A stretch of 64,000 nt of DNA, from the NCBI GenBank assembly GCA_023474215.1, contig JAMCYI010000006.1, positions 1,452 to 65,451 of the forward strand, read 5' to 3'. Origin of the DNA: Patescibacteria group bacterium (GTDB taxonomy: Bacteria; Patescibacteriota; Minisyncoccia; UBA6257; GWB1-50-10). How positions within the stretch are numbered: position 1 is the first letter of the stretch; every line of letters begins with the position of its first letter. The translations under genes were made by a program, and so were the position numbers. Positions 17,927 to 27,620 of this stretch are shown here, piece after piece. Under the pieces are notes generated by a model. That model saw only the letters and a list, made by a program, of their open reading frames with translations. It was not told the DNA's origin and did no database searches.

Positions 17927-20326
17927 TTATTTGCTGAGCTTCAAGATTGTTTTCACCACCGTGTCAGGATTCAACGAAATACTCTCGATCCCCTCCTTCA
18001 TGAGGAACGCGGCGAACTCCGGATAGTCGGACGGCGCTTGGCCGCAAATGCCGATGTACTTTCCGCGTTTTTTGCACGTCCGGATGACGCTTCGGATCAA
18101 GGTTTTCACCGATTCATCGTTCTCGTTCGTGATGCTCCGGATCCGATCGTTCCCGTCGCGGTCGATGCCGACCGTGAGCTGCGTCAAATCGTTCGATCCG
18201 ATCGACATGCCGTCGAAAACGTCGAGGAATTTGTCCGCGAGGACCACGTTCGACGGGATCTCGCACATGACGTAGATCCGCAAGGCCTTGTCCTTTTTCC
18301 TCGAGAGGCCGTTCTTTTCCATGACCTCCACCACCTTCTTCCCTTCGTCGGCGGTCCGGCAGAACGGGATCATCGGCACGACGTTCGTGAGCCCCATTTC
18401 TTCGCGCACTTTTTTCATCGCCTTCACTTCGAGCGCAAAGGCGGGCGCGAACGCCGGATGATAGTACCGCGAAGCGCCGCGCCATCCGATCATCGGATTT
18501 TCTTCCTTCGGTTCATACGCATCGCCCCCGAGAAGCGCCCGATATTCGTTCGTTTTGAAATCGGAAAAGCGGACGATCACGTCCAGCGGATGGAATGCCG
18601 CGGCAATCTTTGCAATGCCGTAAGCCAATTTATCAACGTAAAATTGCTCTTTATTACTCCAACCGCGCGTCTTTTCGTCGATCGCCCGGGCAAGTTTTTT
18701 GTCCTTCTTCGCGATCTTCCCGTATTCGATCAAGGCCATCGGATGGACGCCGACGTCACCCGCAATGATGAATTCTTCGCGCGCAAGGCCGACGCCCTTC
18801 GTCGGCAGGAACGATTTTTCGAACGCCGAATCGGGCGTTGCAATGTTCACCATGATCTTCACCTTCGGCTTTGGCAATCTCCGAACGTCCCGCTCTTCCA
18901 CCTTGAATTTCAACTGGCCCGCAAGAACCAAACCTTCCGTGCCCGTCGTGTCGACGGTTATCACATCTCCCGTTTTCAAAACGCGCGTCGCGTTTTCCGT
19001 CCCCACGACGCACGGGATGCCGAGTTCGCGCGAAACGATCGCGGCATGGCTCGTTCGTCCGCCTTTATTCGTCACGATCGCCGAGGCGATCTTCATGATC
19101 GGCTCCCAATCCGGATCGGTCATATCGGTCACGAGAACCTCGCCCGCTTTGAAACTTCCGATGTTTTTCGCGTTCAAAATGATCCGCGCAGTGCCCGTCG
19201 CGATCTTCGAGCCGACCGAATACCCTTTCGCGAGCACTTTGCCGTTTCCGATCCGTTCGTATTCCTTGAGCTTTGAAAAATCACGGCTTGCCTGCACGGT
19301 CTCGGGGCGCGATTGGACAATAAAGAGCTCACCGCTCCGGCCGTCTTTGGCCCATTCCATATCCATCGGCGTCCATTTGCGGTCCTTCTTCGAATAATGC
19401 TCCTCGATCAAAACGCCCCAGCGGGCGAGTTCCAATACCTCCTTTTCCGAAAGGACGAAGGTTTCTTTTTCTTTTTCGCTCGTCGGAACGATCTTCGTCG
19501 TCTTGATGCCCCGGCCGACCGAATAGATCATCTTCCGGTTTTTCACGCCGAGCTTCCGGTCGATGATCGCCTTTTTTCCCGTCCGAAGGGACGGTTTGAA
19601 AACCAAAAATTCGTCCGGCGTCACCTCCCCTTGCACGATCATTTCCCCAAGCCCCCACGAGCCGTTGATCAAAACGACATTCTTGAACCCCGACTCGGTA
19701 TCGATGCTGAACATGACGCCCGAGCAGCCGAGGTCCGACCGCACCATTTTTTGAACGCCCGCCGAGAGCGCCACTTTCATGTGATCGAATCCCTTGTCCG
19801 CCCGGTACGAGATCGCCCGGTCGGTGAAGAGCGATGCAAAATCCGCTTGGACCGCTTCCAAGAGTTCATCGACGCCCCGGATATTCAAATATGTTTCATG
19901 TTCGCCGGCAAAGCTCGCCCCCGGCAAGTCCTCCGCCGTCGCCGATGACCGAACTGCAACATCCGCATTCCGGCCGTATATCTTTTCAAGCTGGATATAA
20001 TTTTTCACGATCGCCTGCTTCAAGTCGGAAGGCATTTTCGCCGCCCGGATCACTTTCCGAATTTCCTCGCCGCGCTTCGCGAGATCTTTCAGGTTTTTCG
20101 TATCGAGGCCTTTCAGGGCCTTCTTGATGAACTTGTCGAGGCCGGTCTTCTTCATGAAGTGGCGGTAGGCCTCCGCTGTAACAACGAAACCATTCGGTAC
20201 CCGGACCCCCTGCGGTTCGAGATACTTGATCATTTCGCCCAAAGAGGCGTTCTTGCCGCCGACGAGCGGTACATCTTTGATGGTGATGTCCTTGTACCAG
20301 AGGACGAGTTTTTTATTTTTATTCAT
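17927..20326 (-). CDS. ppsA: Phosphoenolpyruvate synthase (pyruvate,water dikinase)
   Basis: VGGKNASLGEM, VRSSATAEDLP, GGRTSHAAIVSRE, EENPMIGWRG, SIGSNDLTQL. Confidence 0.95.
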   Translation of the reverse strand: MNKNKKLVLWYKDITIKDVPLVGGKNASLGEMIKYLEPQGVRVPNGFVVTAEAYRHFMKKTGLDKFIKKALKGLDTKNLKDLAKRGEEIRKVIRAAKMPSDLKQAIVKNYIQLEKIYGRNADVAVRSSATAEDLPGASFAGEHETYLNIRGVDELLEAVQADFASLFTDRAISYRADKGFDHMKVALSAGVQKMVRSDLGCSGVMFSIDTESGFKNVVLINGSWGLGEMIVQGEVTPDEFLVFKPSLRTGKKAIIDRKLGVKNRKMIYSVGRGIKTTKIVPTSEKEKETFVLSEKEVLELARWGVLIEEHYSKKDRKWTPMDMEWAKDGRSGELFIVQSRPETVQASRDFSKLKEYERIGNGKVLAKGYSVGSKIATGTARIILNAKNIGSFKAGEVLVTDMTDPDWEPIMKIASAIVTNKGGRTSHAAIVSRELGIPCVVGTENATRVLKTGDVITVDTTGTEGLVLAGQLKFKVEERDVRRLPKPKVKIMVNIATPDSAFEKSFLPTKGVGLAREEFIIAGDVGVHPMALIEYGKIAKKDKKLARAIDEKTRGWSNKEQFYVDKLAYGIAKIAAAFHPLDVIVRFSDFKTNEYRALLGGDAYEPKEENPMIGWRGASRYYHPAFAPAFALEVKAMKKVREEMGLTNVVPMIPFCRTADEGKKVVEVMEKNGLSRKKDKALRIYVMCEIPSNVVLADKFLDVFDGMSIGSNDLTQLTVGIDRDGNDRIRSITNENDESVKTLIRSVIRTCKKRGKYIGICGQAPSDYPEFAAFLMKEGIESISLNPDTVVKTILKLSK

Positions 20327-21611
20327 AACGCAATGCAATGACGAGGTCCGATACATTCGAACCCGTATCTCCCGTCTCGATGTAATCCCCCACTTTCTCA
20401 AAAAACGCCGCCGAGTCGTTGTTCTCCAAAAATTCACCCGCTTCCAAACCGAGCCCTTCGGTTTTTTCCTTCGTCATTATATCACAGAACGCACCTGCGT
20501 ATCTCCCTTGGTTGTCGTGCCCGTCCGAATCGAATGAAAGGACAAGTGTTTTTTCCGAAATTCCGCCAAGAGCCCCGAGGACCAACTCCTGATTTCTGCC
20601 GCCTCTTCCCGATTTCCTGACGGTCACCGTCGTTTCGCCGCCGTAGAGGCGCGCCGTTTTGGGGGGTAACCCCGCGGTATCGCCTGCTATTTTCCGTCCG
20701 ACATCACGCGCTTCACCGGAGAGTGTCGCCGTTACAACCTCCGCCTTGAAACCGAGAGTATCCGCCTTTTCTTTCATCGCCCCGAGGGCGGTTGCATTGG
20801 AGATAAAAAGGATGTTTTTCACTTTCTCGAAATATTTGTCTTCCTTCGGAGTTTTCAACGGCTCTATTTTCAAACCGGTGCTCTTCTCGAGATCGTACTT
20901 CGCGACGATCGTCTTCGCCTCATCGACCGTCGTCGCGTCTTTCACCGTCGGGCCCGAAGCGATGAACCCGAGATTGTCCCCCGGCACATCCGAAAAAATC
21001 AGGGCGACGGACGATGCCGGATATGCGTATTCCGCCAAACGGCCGCCGCGCGCCAATGACAAATGCTTCCGGAGCGTATTGATCTCCTCGATCGTCGCCC
21101 CTTTCTCGAAGAGAACCTTCAATATCTCAGCCTCCTCGGCACATACCATGTTCTGCGGCTGACACAGGAGCGTCGAACCGCCGCCGGAAATAACGAAAGT
21201 AACGAAATCCTTCTCGGTAAGGGATGACAAGAGCCGGATGATGTCGCTTGTCGCATCGACATTCGCTTCCGTCGGGAAAGGATGCGTGCCGGAATACGCC
21301 TTGATCTTCTTCAAAACCCCCCGGTGCACGTCCAAAACAATGCCGCCGGAGAGCCGATCGCCGAGGACGTTTTCAAGCGCCCTTCCGGCCTCAAGCGAAC
21401 ATTTGCCAACGCCCACGACGAAAATCCGATCGAAATTCCCGACATCGAACGAACGATCGTCGATTTTCAACGTATCGTCTTTCAGCGACACCCGCGACTG
21501 GATCGCTTGCTCGGTATCGATTGCGAACAATCCCGCCTCGACAATTTCCAAGGCGGCTTTCCTCGCCGGCGTCACGGCAATCGCATCAAAATTTTTTATC
21601 TTGCCCCTCAT
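20319..21611 (-). CDS. Glycerate 2-kinase (TtuD/MOFRL family)
   Basis: ISGGGS, INTLRKHLS, SDVPGD, IASGPT, GGETTV, GGRNQE, TGSNVSD. Confidence 0.9.
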   Translation of the reverse strand: MRGKIKNFDAIAVTPARKAALEIVEAGLFAIDTEQAIQSRVSLKDDTLKIDDRSFDVGNFDRIFVVGVGKCSLEAGRALENVLGDRLSGGIVLDVHRGVLKKIKAYSGTHPFPTEANVDATSDIIRLLSSLTEKDFVTFVISGGGSTLLCQPQNMVCAEEAEILKVLFEKGATIEEINTLRKHLSLARGGRLAEYAYPASSVALIFSDVPGDNLGFIASGPTVKDATTVDEAKTIVAKYDLEKSTGLKIEPLKTPKEDKYFEKVKNILFISNATALGAMKEKADTLGFKAEVVTATLSGEARDVGRKIAGDTAGLPPKTARLYGGETTVTVRKSGRGGRNQELVLGALGGISEKTLVLSFDSDGHDNQGRYAGAFCDIMTKEKTEGLGLEAGEFLENNDSAAFFEKVGDYIETGDTGSNVSDLVIALRYE

Positions 21612-21667
21612 CGTTCACCATTATAAGACTCGCCGGGCAGAGTGTTAAATCGACCGGTGGATAACCC

Positions 21668-21750
21668 TCGCTCGCCCAAGCACCCCGCTCAGGCTGTCTC
21701 CGGGGCGACGCCCAAGTCTTAGCCTTCGCCGGGGTGCTTGGCTCGCTTTT
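21668..21750 (+). repeat. Structured element family D, copy 2
   Basis: Same 41-nt core (21688-21728) closed by ccaagcaccccg/cggggtgcttgg, flanked by tcgctcg and ctcgctttt. Confidence 0.85.
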
Positions 21751-21758
21751 TTTATTTT

Positions 21759-22142
21759 TCATTCCGGAAGCCTGCAGCCGCTCGCCGTACTCAAAGTTTC
21801 GAGCGTTTGCGTCCCCACAAGACGAGCACCGCTCGGTTCGATCCACGTCGGCACCGCATCAACGCCGTCGGCCGTACATTTCTGCGCATTTTCCGAACAT
21901 TCAATATAGTCCACATATTTGAAGGAGTCGCCGAAAAGCTGTTTTTCTGCCTGACAGTGCGGGCAGGAATACAATCCGTACATCGTAAAACCCTTACTCG
22001 CAAGGCATTTTGCGAACGAATCGAGCGAATGCACCGATGAATTACCCGCATTCGGCTTGAGCGCGAAGTATCCCGCGACGCCTACGACGACAACAAGTAC
22101 AACAAAGACAAGTGCATATGATTTTGATTTGTTGAGTTTCAT
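21759..22142 (-). CDS. Membrane-anchored thioredoxin-like protein
   Basis: N-terminal TM, FAKCL..KG..MYG..CPHC..EKQLFG, PTW, SGC. Confidence 0.85.
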   Translation of the reverse strand: MKLNKSKSYALVFVVLVVVVGVAGYFALKPNAGNSSVHSLDSFAKCLASKGFTMYGLYSCPHCQAEKQLFGDSFKYVDYIECSENAQKCTADGVDAVPTWIEPSGARLVGTQTLETLSTASGCRLPE

Positions 22143-22166
22143 ATTTTTTCCTTTTACATCAATTTT

Positions 22167-22240
22167 GGGCCCTCGGGAGCCCTCTGGCTTCCCGAGGGCC
22201 AGTAACGACGCAGGTGTCCAAGGACACCCTCGTCGTTACT
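22167..22240. repeat. Tandem GC-rich hairpins (family E)
   Basis: ggccctcgggagc/gcttcccgagggcc then agtaacgacg..cgtcgttact; first hairpin resembles 57160-57194. Confidence 0.65.
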
Positions 22241-22739
22241 CTTCGCAACAGTTGATAAGCTCCGTCATAATGCTCTCGAAATCGAGCGGCTTTCCCTCTT
22301 CTTTCGCTTTCTTGATGTTCGAAGCATCGACAAGTTTCAAGCGGAGCGCCCAAAAGAGCGAGTAGAGCTTGAAGGCCGAATCGTATGCTTGCTTCGCTTC
22401 TTCCCGGCGATCAGAAGCATCGAGTTTGGTTCCCACTTCGATCAAGCGCATCGTGGAAGCCAAAAGGTGCTTTGAAATGCACCACGTTTCGCCTTCGTTC
22501 ACAGGCATCAGTTTCGCGAGCAAGTCCTTCCGGACGCTTCGTACTTCCTCCAAAAGATCGAGATAGCCGTCTTCCTTGGTCTTTTCGGCCGTGAAGAAGA
22601 AGTGCTCTTCCAAACTCACCAGATTCATGACGCCGATCGAAAGATCTTCGTCCGTCGAAAGATCAAGCTTGTGCTCGAGGTGAGCTTTTTTGATCTTCTC
22701 CAAAAGCTCTTCCCATTTTTTCCTTTTTGATTCATCCAT
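22236..22739 (-). CDS. Hypothetical helical protein with C-terminal CC
   Basis: 167 aa; EEHFFF, WCISKH, INCCEE. Confidence 0.8.
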   Translation of the reverse strand: MDESKRKKWEELLEKIKKAHLEHKLDLSTDEDLSIGVMNLVSLEEHFFFTAEKTKEDGYLDLLEEVRSVRKDLLAKLMPVNEGETWCISKHLLASTMRLIEVGTKLDASDRREEAKQAYDSAFKLYSLFWALRLKLVDASNIKKAKEEGKPLDFESIMTELINCCEE

Positions 22740-22879
22740 AGTAATAACAACCTATCTTAAATTTGTACCATTCGCATAACCTCATCCGCAATTTTCGCAT
22801 TATATTGGGGAACTTGAGCAGAATGCGAAACAACGAATACTCTATACGAATGCCACGAATGATAATTTCAAGAAAGGCT

Positions 22880-23614
22880 CTAAAAGAAGATGACAACGGC
22901 AGCGAGCGCGATCATGATCGTTCCCACGACGATCCGCGTCGCGCGGCCGTTTTCCCTTCTTGCTTTATCGACCTTTTCCAAAACTTCTTTCTTGCTCGCA
23001 ACGGCCAAAACCACCGCGAGCGGCACAATAAAGATCAGGTTATAAAGGATCAAGTATCCAAGGCCCGCAAACTCTGTCGCCCGATCGTGCAAGAGCCCCA
23101 GAACGAAAAGATACGGGCCTCCGACACATGGGAACTCAAAAAGGCCGACCAGAATGCCAAGTACAAAGGATGCGACAAGCGATCCCCTTTCGATGAAACG
23201 GGCAAGCGTCCGATGCGTCGACTCCGGCATCTTGAGGCGGATGGGGAACTTCGGGAACATGCCGTCTGCGATCTCGATCGCACCGAACGCGACGAGGATA
23301 ACGGCAACGATCTTCGACAAGAAATCCGGAATGCCAAAGAGCGTCAAGGCGCCGAGGACGCCGAGTCCTATCAATACATACGTCAAGAATATTCCGAATA
23401 TGTAAAGACCGCCTGCCGCAAGAACATCAACGCGCTCGCGTCCCAAACCGAAGAGAAAAGTGATCGTAAGAAAGAGAACCGAGAAGGCGCACGGATTCAA
23501 ACTGTCGACGAACGCGGAACCCACGAGAAGCGGCACAAAACTGCCCGTCCAAAAGAAAGACCCCACGAGGAGCGCGCACGCAACGACTAAAAACACCAAT
23601 AACCCTTTTTTCAT
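22880..23614 (-). CDS. CcdA/DsbD-like transmembrane disulfide-transfer protein
   Basis: DSLNPCAF and FEFPCVGGPY, LILYNLIF; multi-TM. Confidence 0.85.
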   Translation of the reverse strand: MKKGLLVFLVVACALLVGSFFWTGSFVPLLVGSAFVDSLNPCAFSVLFLTITFLFGLGRERVDVLAAGGLYIFGIFLTYVLIGLGVLGALTLFGIPDFLSKIVAVILVAFGAIEIADGMFPKFPIRLKMPESTHRTLARFIERGSLVASFVLGILVGLFEFPCVGGPYLFVLGLLHDRATEFAGLGYLILYNLIFIVPLAVVLAVASKKEVLEKVDKARRENGRATRIVVGTIMIALAAVVIFF

Positions 23615-23659
23615 TGAATCCACAAAAAATAAACCGACCTTGAACTACAAGAATCCGAT

Positions 23660-24013
23660 CTATTTTGTGGGGCTCGCTTCGTGAAGCGAAAACCAGAACG
23701 TTATTTTTTTGAAGACGAGATTGGAAAGTTCCTCGATTTCAGCAGCCGTGGAAACCGCCGCCGATCTGTCCCCAACCGGCAATCCGATAATAAGCGCTAT
23801 CCCGAACGCAAGGAGAAGGATGACAATGACCGCAAATGCGGAACCGGCAAGCGTTCCATTCCCCGAAGACGCGGACGATGCAAAAACGCCGTTCGTCAAA
23901 GGACAAGCGAAACCGCAGGAAGAGCTCTCGCCGAGCATCTTGAAATTCAAAAATCCAAAGACCGCCGATCCGAGGAACAGCACCGAAAGGATTATGGCGG
24001 CTGTTTTGAACAT
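23660..24013 (-). CDS. Small membrane protein with CxxxC and C-terminal WFSLHEASP
   Basis: ATG 24013; signal/TM, CGFAC, second TM. Confidence 0.65.
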   Translation of the reverse strand: MFKTAAIILSVLFLGSAVFGFLNFKMLGESSSCGFACPLTNGVFASSASSGNGTLAGSAFAVIVILLLAFGIALIIGLPVGDRSAAVSTAAEIEELSNLVFKKITFWFSLHEASPTK

Positions 24014-24027
24014 AGTTTCAAACAAAA

Positions 24028-24173
24028 ATCCCGTTCTTGGAATTATTCCCGGTTCATACCAGGTGGGTCTTCTAAGTTCGACCCTTAAGAAAATTTTGAA
24101 AATTCTCTGTCGAGCCGAATCAAGTTGAAGTCCCAATGTAATTGAATAATCCGGAATTCACATTGAACGGGAC
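24028..24173 (-). ncRNA. ssrS: Candidate 6S RNA
   Basis: Extended -10 TGGTATAAT 7 nt upstream; rod fold GUCCCGUUC/GAACGGGAU, GGAUUAUUC/GAAUAAUUC, central bulge, GGGACUUC/GAAGACCC; ACCCACCUG motif; U-run at the 3' end. Confidence 0.65.
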
Positions 24174-24192
24174 ATTCATATTATACCACGAT

Positions 24193-25269
24193 CTAGAGAT
24201 CGAGCACCTTGACTACTTGATGTAAGAATGACACAACGACGGGGGCCGGAAGCAAGCTCACGGAAGGCTTGCCGTTATCGTCCGGAACCACCCATGGCTC
24301 CTCGATAACATTCACTTCTTTCTTCGCGGGATCCCATTCGTAGCGGTAGCCGGGCGTTACCTCGTAATCATCGACATATCCCTTTGCAACGTCCGCCGGG
24401 ATCGAATTCCGGAGGTAAATCTTCGGCACGCCTTCAAGCTTCAAAAGCGTCCGCATAACGGCATCGTCCACCTCGATACGGTCTCGGATCGCTTCGATGC
24501 CGAGCTCATCCCCTTCTTTCGGGACCATGCGCTTCCCGCCGCACGCCGGGTTATCGCAAATGAGATAAAACTTCTTTTCAGCTTCGTCATATTCCACCTT
24601 CTTTGTTCTTAAGAGCCGCAGGTTCCTCGGCGTATGGCACACGGGACAAACGACGCGGTACTTCATCCGCTCGTCGATGATCGGCTCCGGCAGATCGATG
24701 AACGCCAAAAAGTCCGGATCGTCGCGGTATCCCATCAGTTCGCGGAAGTATAGGGAGTACGAAACTTGATCCAAGCTCCGGGGAAAACCATCCACGAAGA
24801 TCGCTTTGTGTTCGCTCTTTGCAATCTCCCGCTCCACAAGAGCAAGGATGAATTCGGTCGGTAAAAGCGAGGAAGTCGATCGTCCCGACAAAGCGTTGAA
24901 CGCTTCATCGAGCGACATCGTTCCCCGATACTTTTCTTTCAAATAATCCGCCAATTCCTCTTTTTTCGCCGGGTCTTCAATATCCTCGTGTGCGGCACGC
25001 ACGATGTCGCCGACCGACACGTGGCGCAAATGCTCGGAACCAACGGCTTCCATAAAAAGCTTCGAGTAGGTCCCCTTTCCCGAGTTTTTCTTCCCGAGAA
25101 GAATGCCGAGGAATGAATTTCCCCCGTCCAAGTATTCCTTGATCTTTTCGATTTGCGGACCTGCCTTCAGCGCGAAATATTTTTTCCGTTCGACCGGATC
25201 ATCCAGCGCGAACGTTTGGCTTGCTCCTTCGACTTTCGTCTTGAACAATGGGAACTCGAAATCTTTCAT
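24193..25269 (-). CDS. Adenylate kinase-like nucleoside monophosphate kinase (extended)
   Basis: P-loop GKKNSGKGT, HVSVGDIVR, DGFPRSLDQ, Zn-lid CPVC..CDNPAC. Confidence 0.8.
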   Translation of the reverse strand: MKDFEFPLFKTKVEGASQTFALDDPVERKKYFALKAGPQIEKIKEYLDGGNSFLGILLGKKNSGKGTYSKLFMEAVGSEHLRHVSVGDIVRAAHEDIEDPAKKEELADYLKEKYRGTMSLDEAFNALSGRSTSSLLPTEFILALVEREIAKSEHKAIFVDGFPRSLDQVSYSLYFRELMGYRDDPDFLAFIDLPEPIIDERMKYRVVCPVCHTPRNLRLLRTKKVEYDEAEKKFYLICDNPACGGKRMVPKEGDELGIEAIRDRIEVDDAVMRTLLKLEGVPKIYLRNSIPADVAKGYVDDYEVTPGYRYEWDPAKKEVNVIEEPWVVPDDNGKPSVSLLPAPVVVSFLHQVVKVLDL

Positions 25270-25281
25270 GGTTTTGTTTTT

Positions 25282-26697
25282 TTATTTCTTTTTATTTTTT
25301 TCTTCGACGCTTATGTGCAGTTCTTTCAATTGCTCTTTTGAAACTTCCGACGGCGCATCCATCATAAGGTCTTTGCCGTCGCCGGTCTTCGGGAACGCGA
25401 TGACCTCGCGGATGTTCGGCTCATTTTCCAAGATCATCATGAACCGGTCAATACCCGGCGCGATCCCCCCGTGAGGGGGAACGCCGTATGCGAAAGCTTC
25501 GAGCATGTGCCCGAATTTCTCCTGGATATCCTTTGGATCGTTGCCCATTGCTTCGAAAACGGCTGCCAAGAGTTTCGGATCGTGGATCCTGATGGATCCG
25601 CCGCCGATCTCATAGCCGTTCAAAACGAAATCGTATTGGAAGGCCGGGATGGAAGCGGGATCTTTCTTGAATTTTGCCCAGAAATCATCGGTATCCTTGA
25701 CCTGGGGCATGGTGAACGGGTGATGAACCGCATCCCATCGCTTCTCCGTCTCCTTCCACTCGAACATCGGGAAATTGACGACAAAAGCGAAGGCTAATTC
25801 GTTCGGATCGTTCTTGTCGTCCCTCAAGTCCGGCTTATCGGAATGATATTTCGCCATCACATCCGCATAGTTCAGGCGCGGAAACGGAGACCATTTTATC
25901 TTCTTTTCGGGATACAGCTCTTTCACCATCTTCGCGTAAAGCTCCTCGATGAGCGCCAAAACTTCATCCTGGGATGTGAAGCTCATTTCGATGTCGAGCT
26001 GCGTGAATTCCGGCTGGCGGTCGCCCCGCGTGTCCTCGTCGCGGAAGCACCGCACGATTTGGAAATATCTCTCCATCCCCGCAACCATCAAAAGCTGCTT
26101 GTATTGCTGGGGCGACTGCGGGAGTGCGTAGAATTTCCCGGGATAAAGCCGGCTCGGTATCAAATAGTCGCGCGCGCCTTCGGGCGTGGATTTCCCGATA
26201 TCCGGCGTTTCAATTTCAACAAAATCCCTTTCCGTCAAAAAGTCGCGGATGAATTTATTCACCTTCGCGCGCATGCGGAGGTTTTTCTGCATCCGGGGGC
26301 GCCGCAAATCCAAGTAGCGGTACTTCATTCTGATTTCTTCCCCGATCTCCCGCCCGTCGCCCGTAACGTCGATTGGCGGGGTTTTGGCTTCCGTGATGAT
26401 TTCCAAACCGGTTGCCTGCAGTTCGTGATAGCCGCTCGGTATTTTGGGGTTTTCCATCCCGGCCGGACGCTTGCCGATGGTTCCCTTGATTTTTATCACC
26501 CATTCCGGTCTCAGTTTCTCGGCGAGAGCGTGCAATTCCTTGTTTTTCGGAATAAAAACAACCTGTGTGACGCCGGTGCGGTCCCGGAGGTCGATGAAAA
26601 TCAACTTCCCGTGGTCACGCCGTGTATCAACCCAGCCGACGAGCTCGGCTTCCTTTCCCTCATGGTCTTTGATATCTCTCGATAAAACCCTATCCAT
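25282..26697 (-). CDS. aspS: Aspartyl-tRNA synthetase (short form)
   Basis: RRDHGKLIFIDLRD, YRYLDLRR, STPEGARDY, LPQSPQ, RQPEFTQLD, HHPFT, PPHGG. Confidence 0.95.
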   Translation of the reverse strand: MDRVLSRDIKDHEGKEAELVGWVDTRRDHGKLIFIDLRDRTGVTQVVFIPKNKELHALAEKLRPEWVIKIKGTIGKRPAGMENPKIPSGYHELQATGLEIITEAKTPPIDVTGDGREIGEEIRMKYRYLDLRRPRMQKNLRMRAKVNKFIRDFLTERDFVEIETPDIGKSTPEGARDYLIPSRLYPGKFYALPQSPQQYKQLLMVAGMERYFQIVRCFRDEDTRGDRQPEFTQLDIEMSFTSQDEVLALIEELYAKMVKELYPEKKIKWSPFPRLNYADVMAKYHSDKPDLRDDKNDPNELAFAFVVNFPMFEWKETEKRWDAVHHPFTMPQVKDTDDFWAKFKKDPASIPAFQYDFVLNGYEIGGGSIRIHDPKLLAAVFEAMGNDPKDIQEKFGHMLEAFAYGVPPHGGIAPGIDRFMMILENEPNIREVIAFPKTGDGKDLMMDAPSEVSKEQLKELHISVEEKNKKK

Positions 26698-26720
26698 TGA
26701 GAGAAATTGTACCCGAAAAT

Positions 26721-27620
26721 CTACTGCACCGCAAACACGCCGATGTTTCCGGCCGCTGTTTTTTCCACTTTAACAATCCCCTCTTCGTCGGTCCGAAAAA
26801 CCCGTACACCGACCGCACCGAGTGCGGATACCGTCTCCGCCGACGGATGTCCGTAGGAATTTTTTCCGACTTCGATCACTGCAATGCTCGGAGAAACTAT
26901 ACTGAAGAATCTTTTCGACAACGACCCCTTCGAGCCGTGATGAGCAACCTTCAAAACATCTACACGACCGATGCGGACGGCAAGCGTTTCTTCGATCTTC
27001 AAACTCGCATCGCTCATAAAGGCCGATTTTATATCTTCCGCATCGACCTTAATAACGATCGCCGAATCGTTCAAATCGTCTCCGGCAAGAAGCGTCTCAT
27101 TGGGCGAAAGAATGCGAATTTCCGTTTTACCGATCATTATCCGGTCGCCTTCCGCAACGACGAGCGAAGCGACATTCTCTTCGTTTAAAATTTTTTTGAA
27201 AGCTTCGAACGTTTCCGTCCCGCCGCCGATGCCGTTCCATAGAAATAAACCGACGTGATAGTTCTTTACGACATCCATAAGCCCGCCGAAGTGGTCGATC
27301 TGAGCATGCGTCATAATGACGATGTCGATGGAACGATCAAAAGGGGGAAGGATCGCATCCAGCGATTCCAAAACCGCGGAGTTCGCCGGACCGCCGTCGA
27401 TCAAAATCTTCGCTCCGCTCGCCGTCACAATAAGCTCGCTGTCCCCTTCGCCGACCGGCAGGAAATATTCGGCAAACGAATTTTTCCCGCCGGCTGCACC
27501 GAGAGAAAGGACGCTGATCACAACGACAACCAAAAGAAACGGCAAGAATTCTTTGAAATGTCTTTCAACGAAGTCAACGACAATCTTTAATTCCTTTGTG
27601 CAACCCTTTTCTTCCTCCAT
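26721..27620 (-). CDS. ComEC-type metallo-beta-lactamase fold nuclease
   Basis: VGEGDS, LIDGG, THAQIDHFGG, LKVAHHGS, NSYGHP; start uncertain. Confidence 0.88.
   Translation of the reverse strand: MEEEKGCTKELKIVVDFVERHFKEFLPFLLVVVVISVLSLGAAGGKNSFAEYFLPVGEGDSELIVTASGAKILIDGGPANSAVLESLDAILPPFDRSIDIVIMTHAQIDHFGGLMDVVKNYHVGLFLWNGIGGGTETFEAFKKILNEENVASLVVAEGDRIMIGKTEIRILSPNETLLAGDDLNDSAIVIKVDAEDIKSAFMSDASLKIEETLAVRIGRVDVLKVAHHGSKGSLSKRFFSIVSPSIAVIEVGKNSYGHPSAETVSALGAVGVRVFRTDEEGIVKVEKTAAGNIGVFAVQ

Noticed and set aside
17837-19276. Long plus-strand ORF (479 aa), and similar ones at 12372-13433, 54129-55430 and 35926-36801
   Set aside because: Antisense shadows of well-supported minus-strand genes, with no recognisable motifs
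20326-20437. N-terminal extensions given by the ORF track for ppsA, GH1 (to 34039) and MFS (to 53585)
   Set aside because: They overlap neighbouring genes; downstream starts fit homology and coupling better
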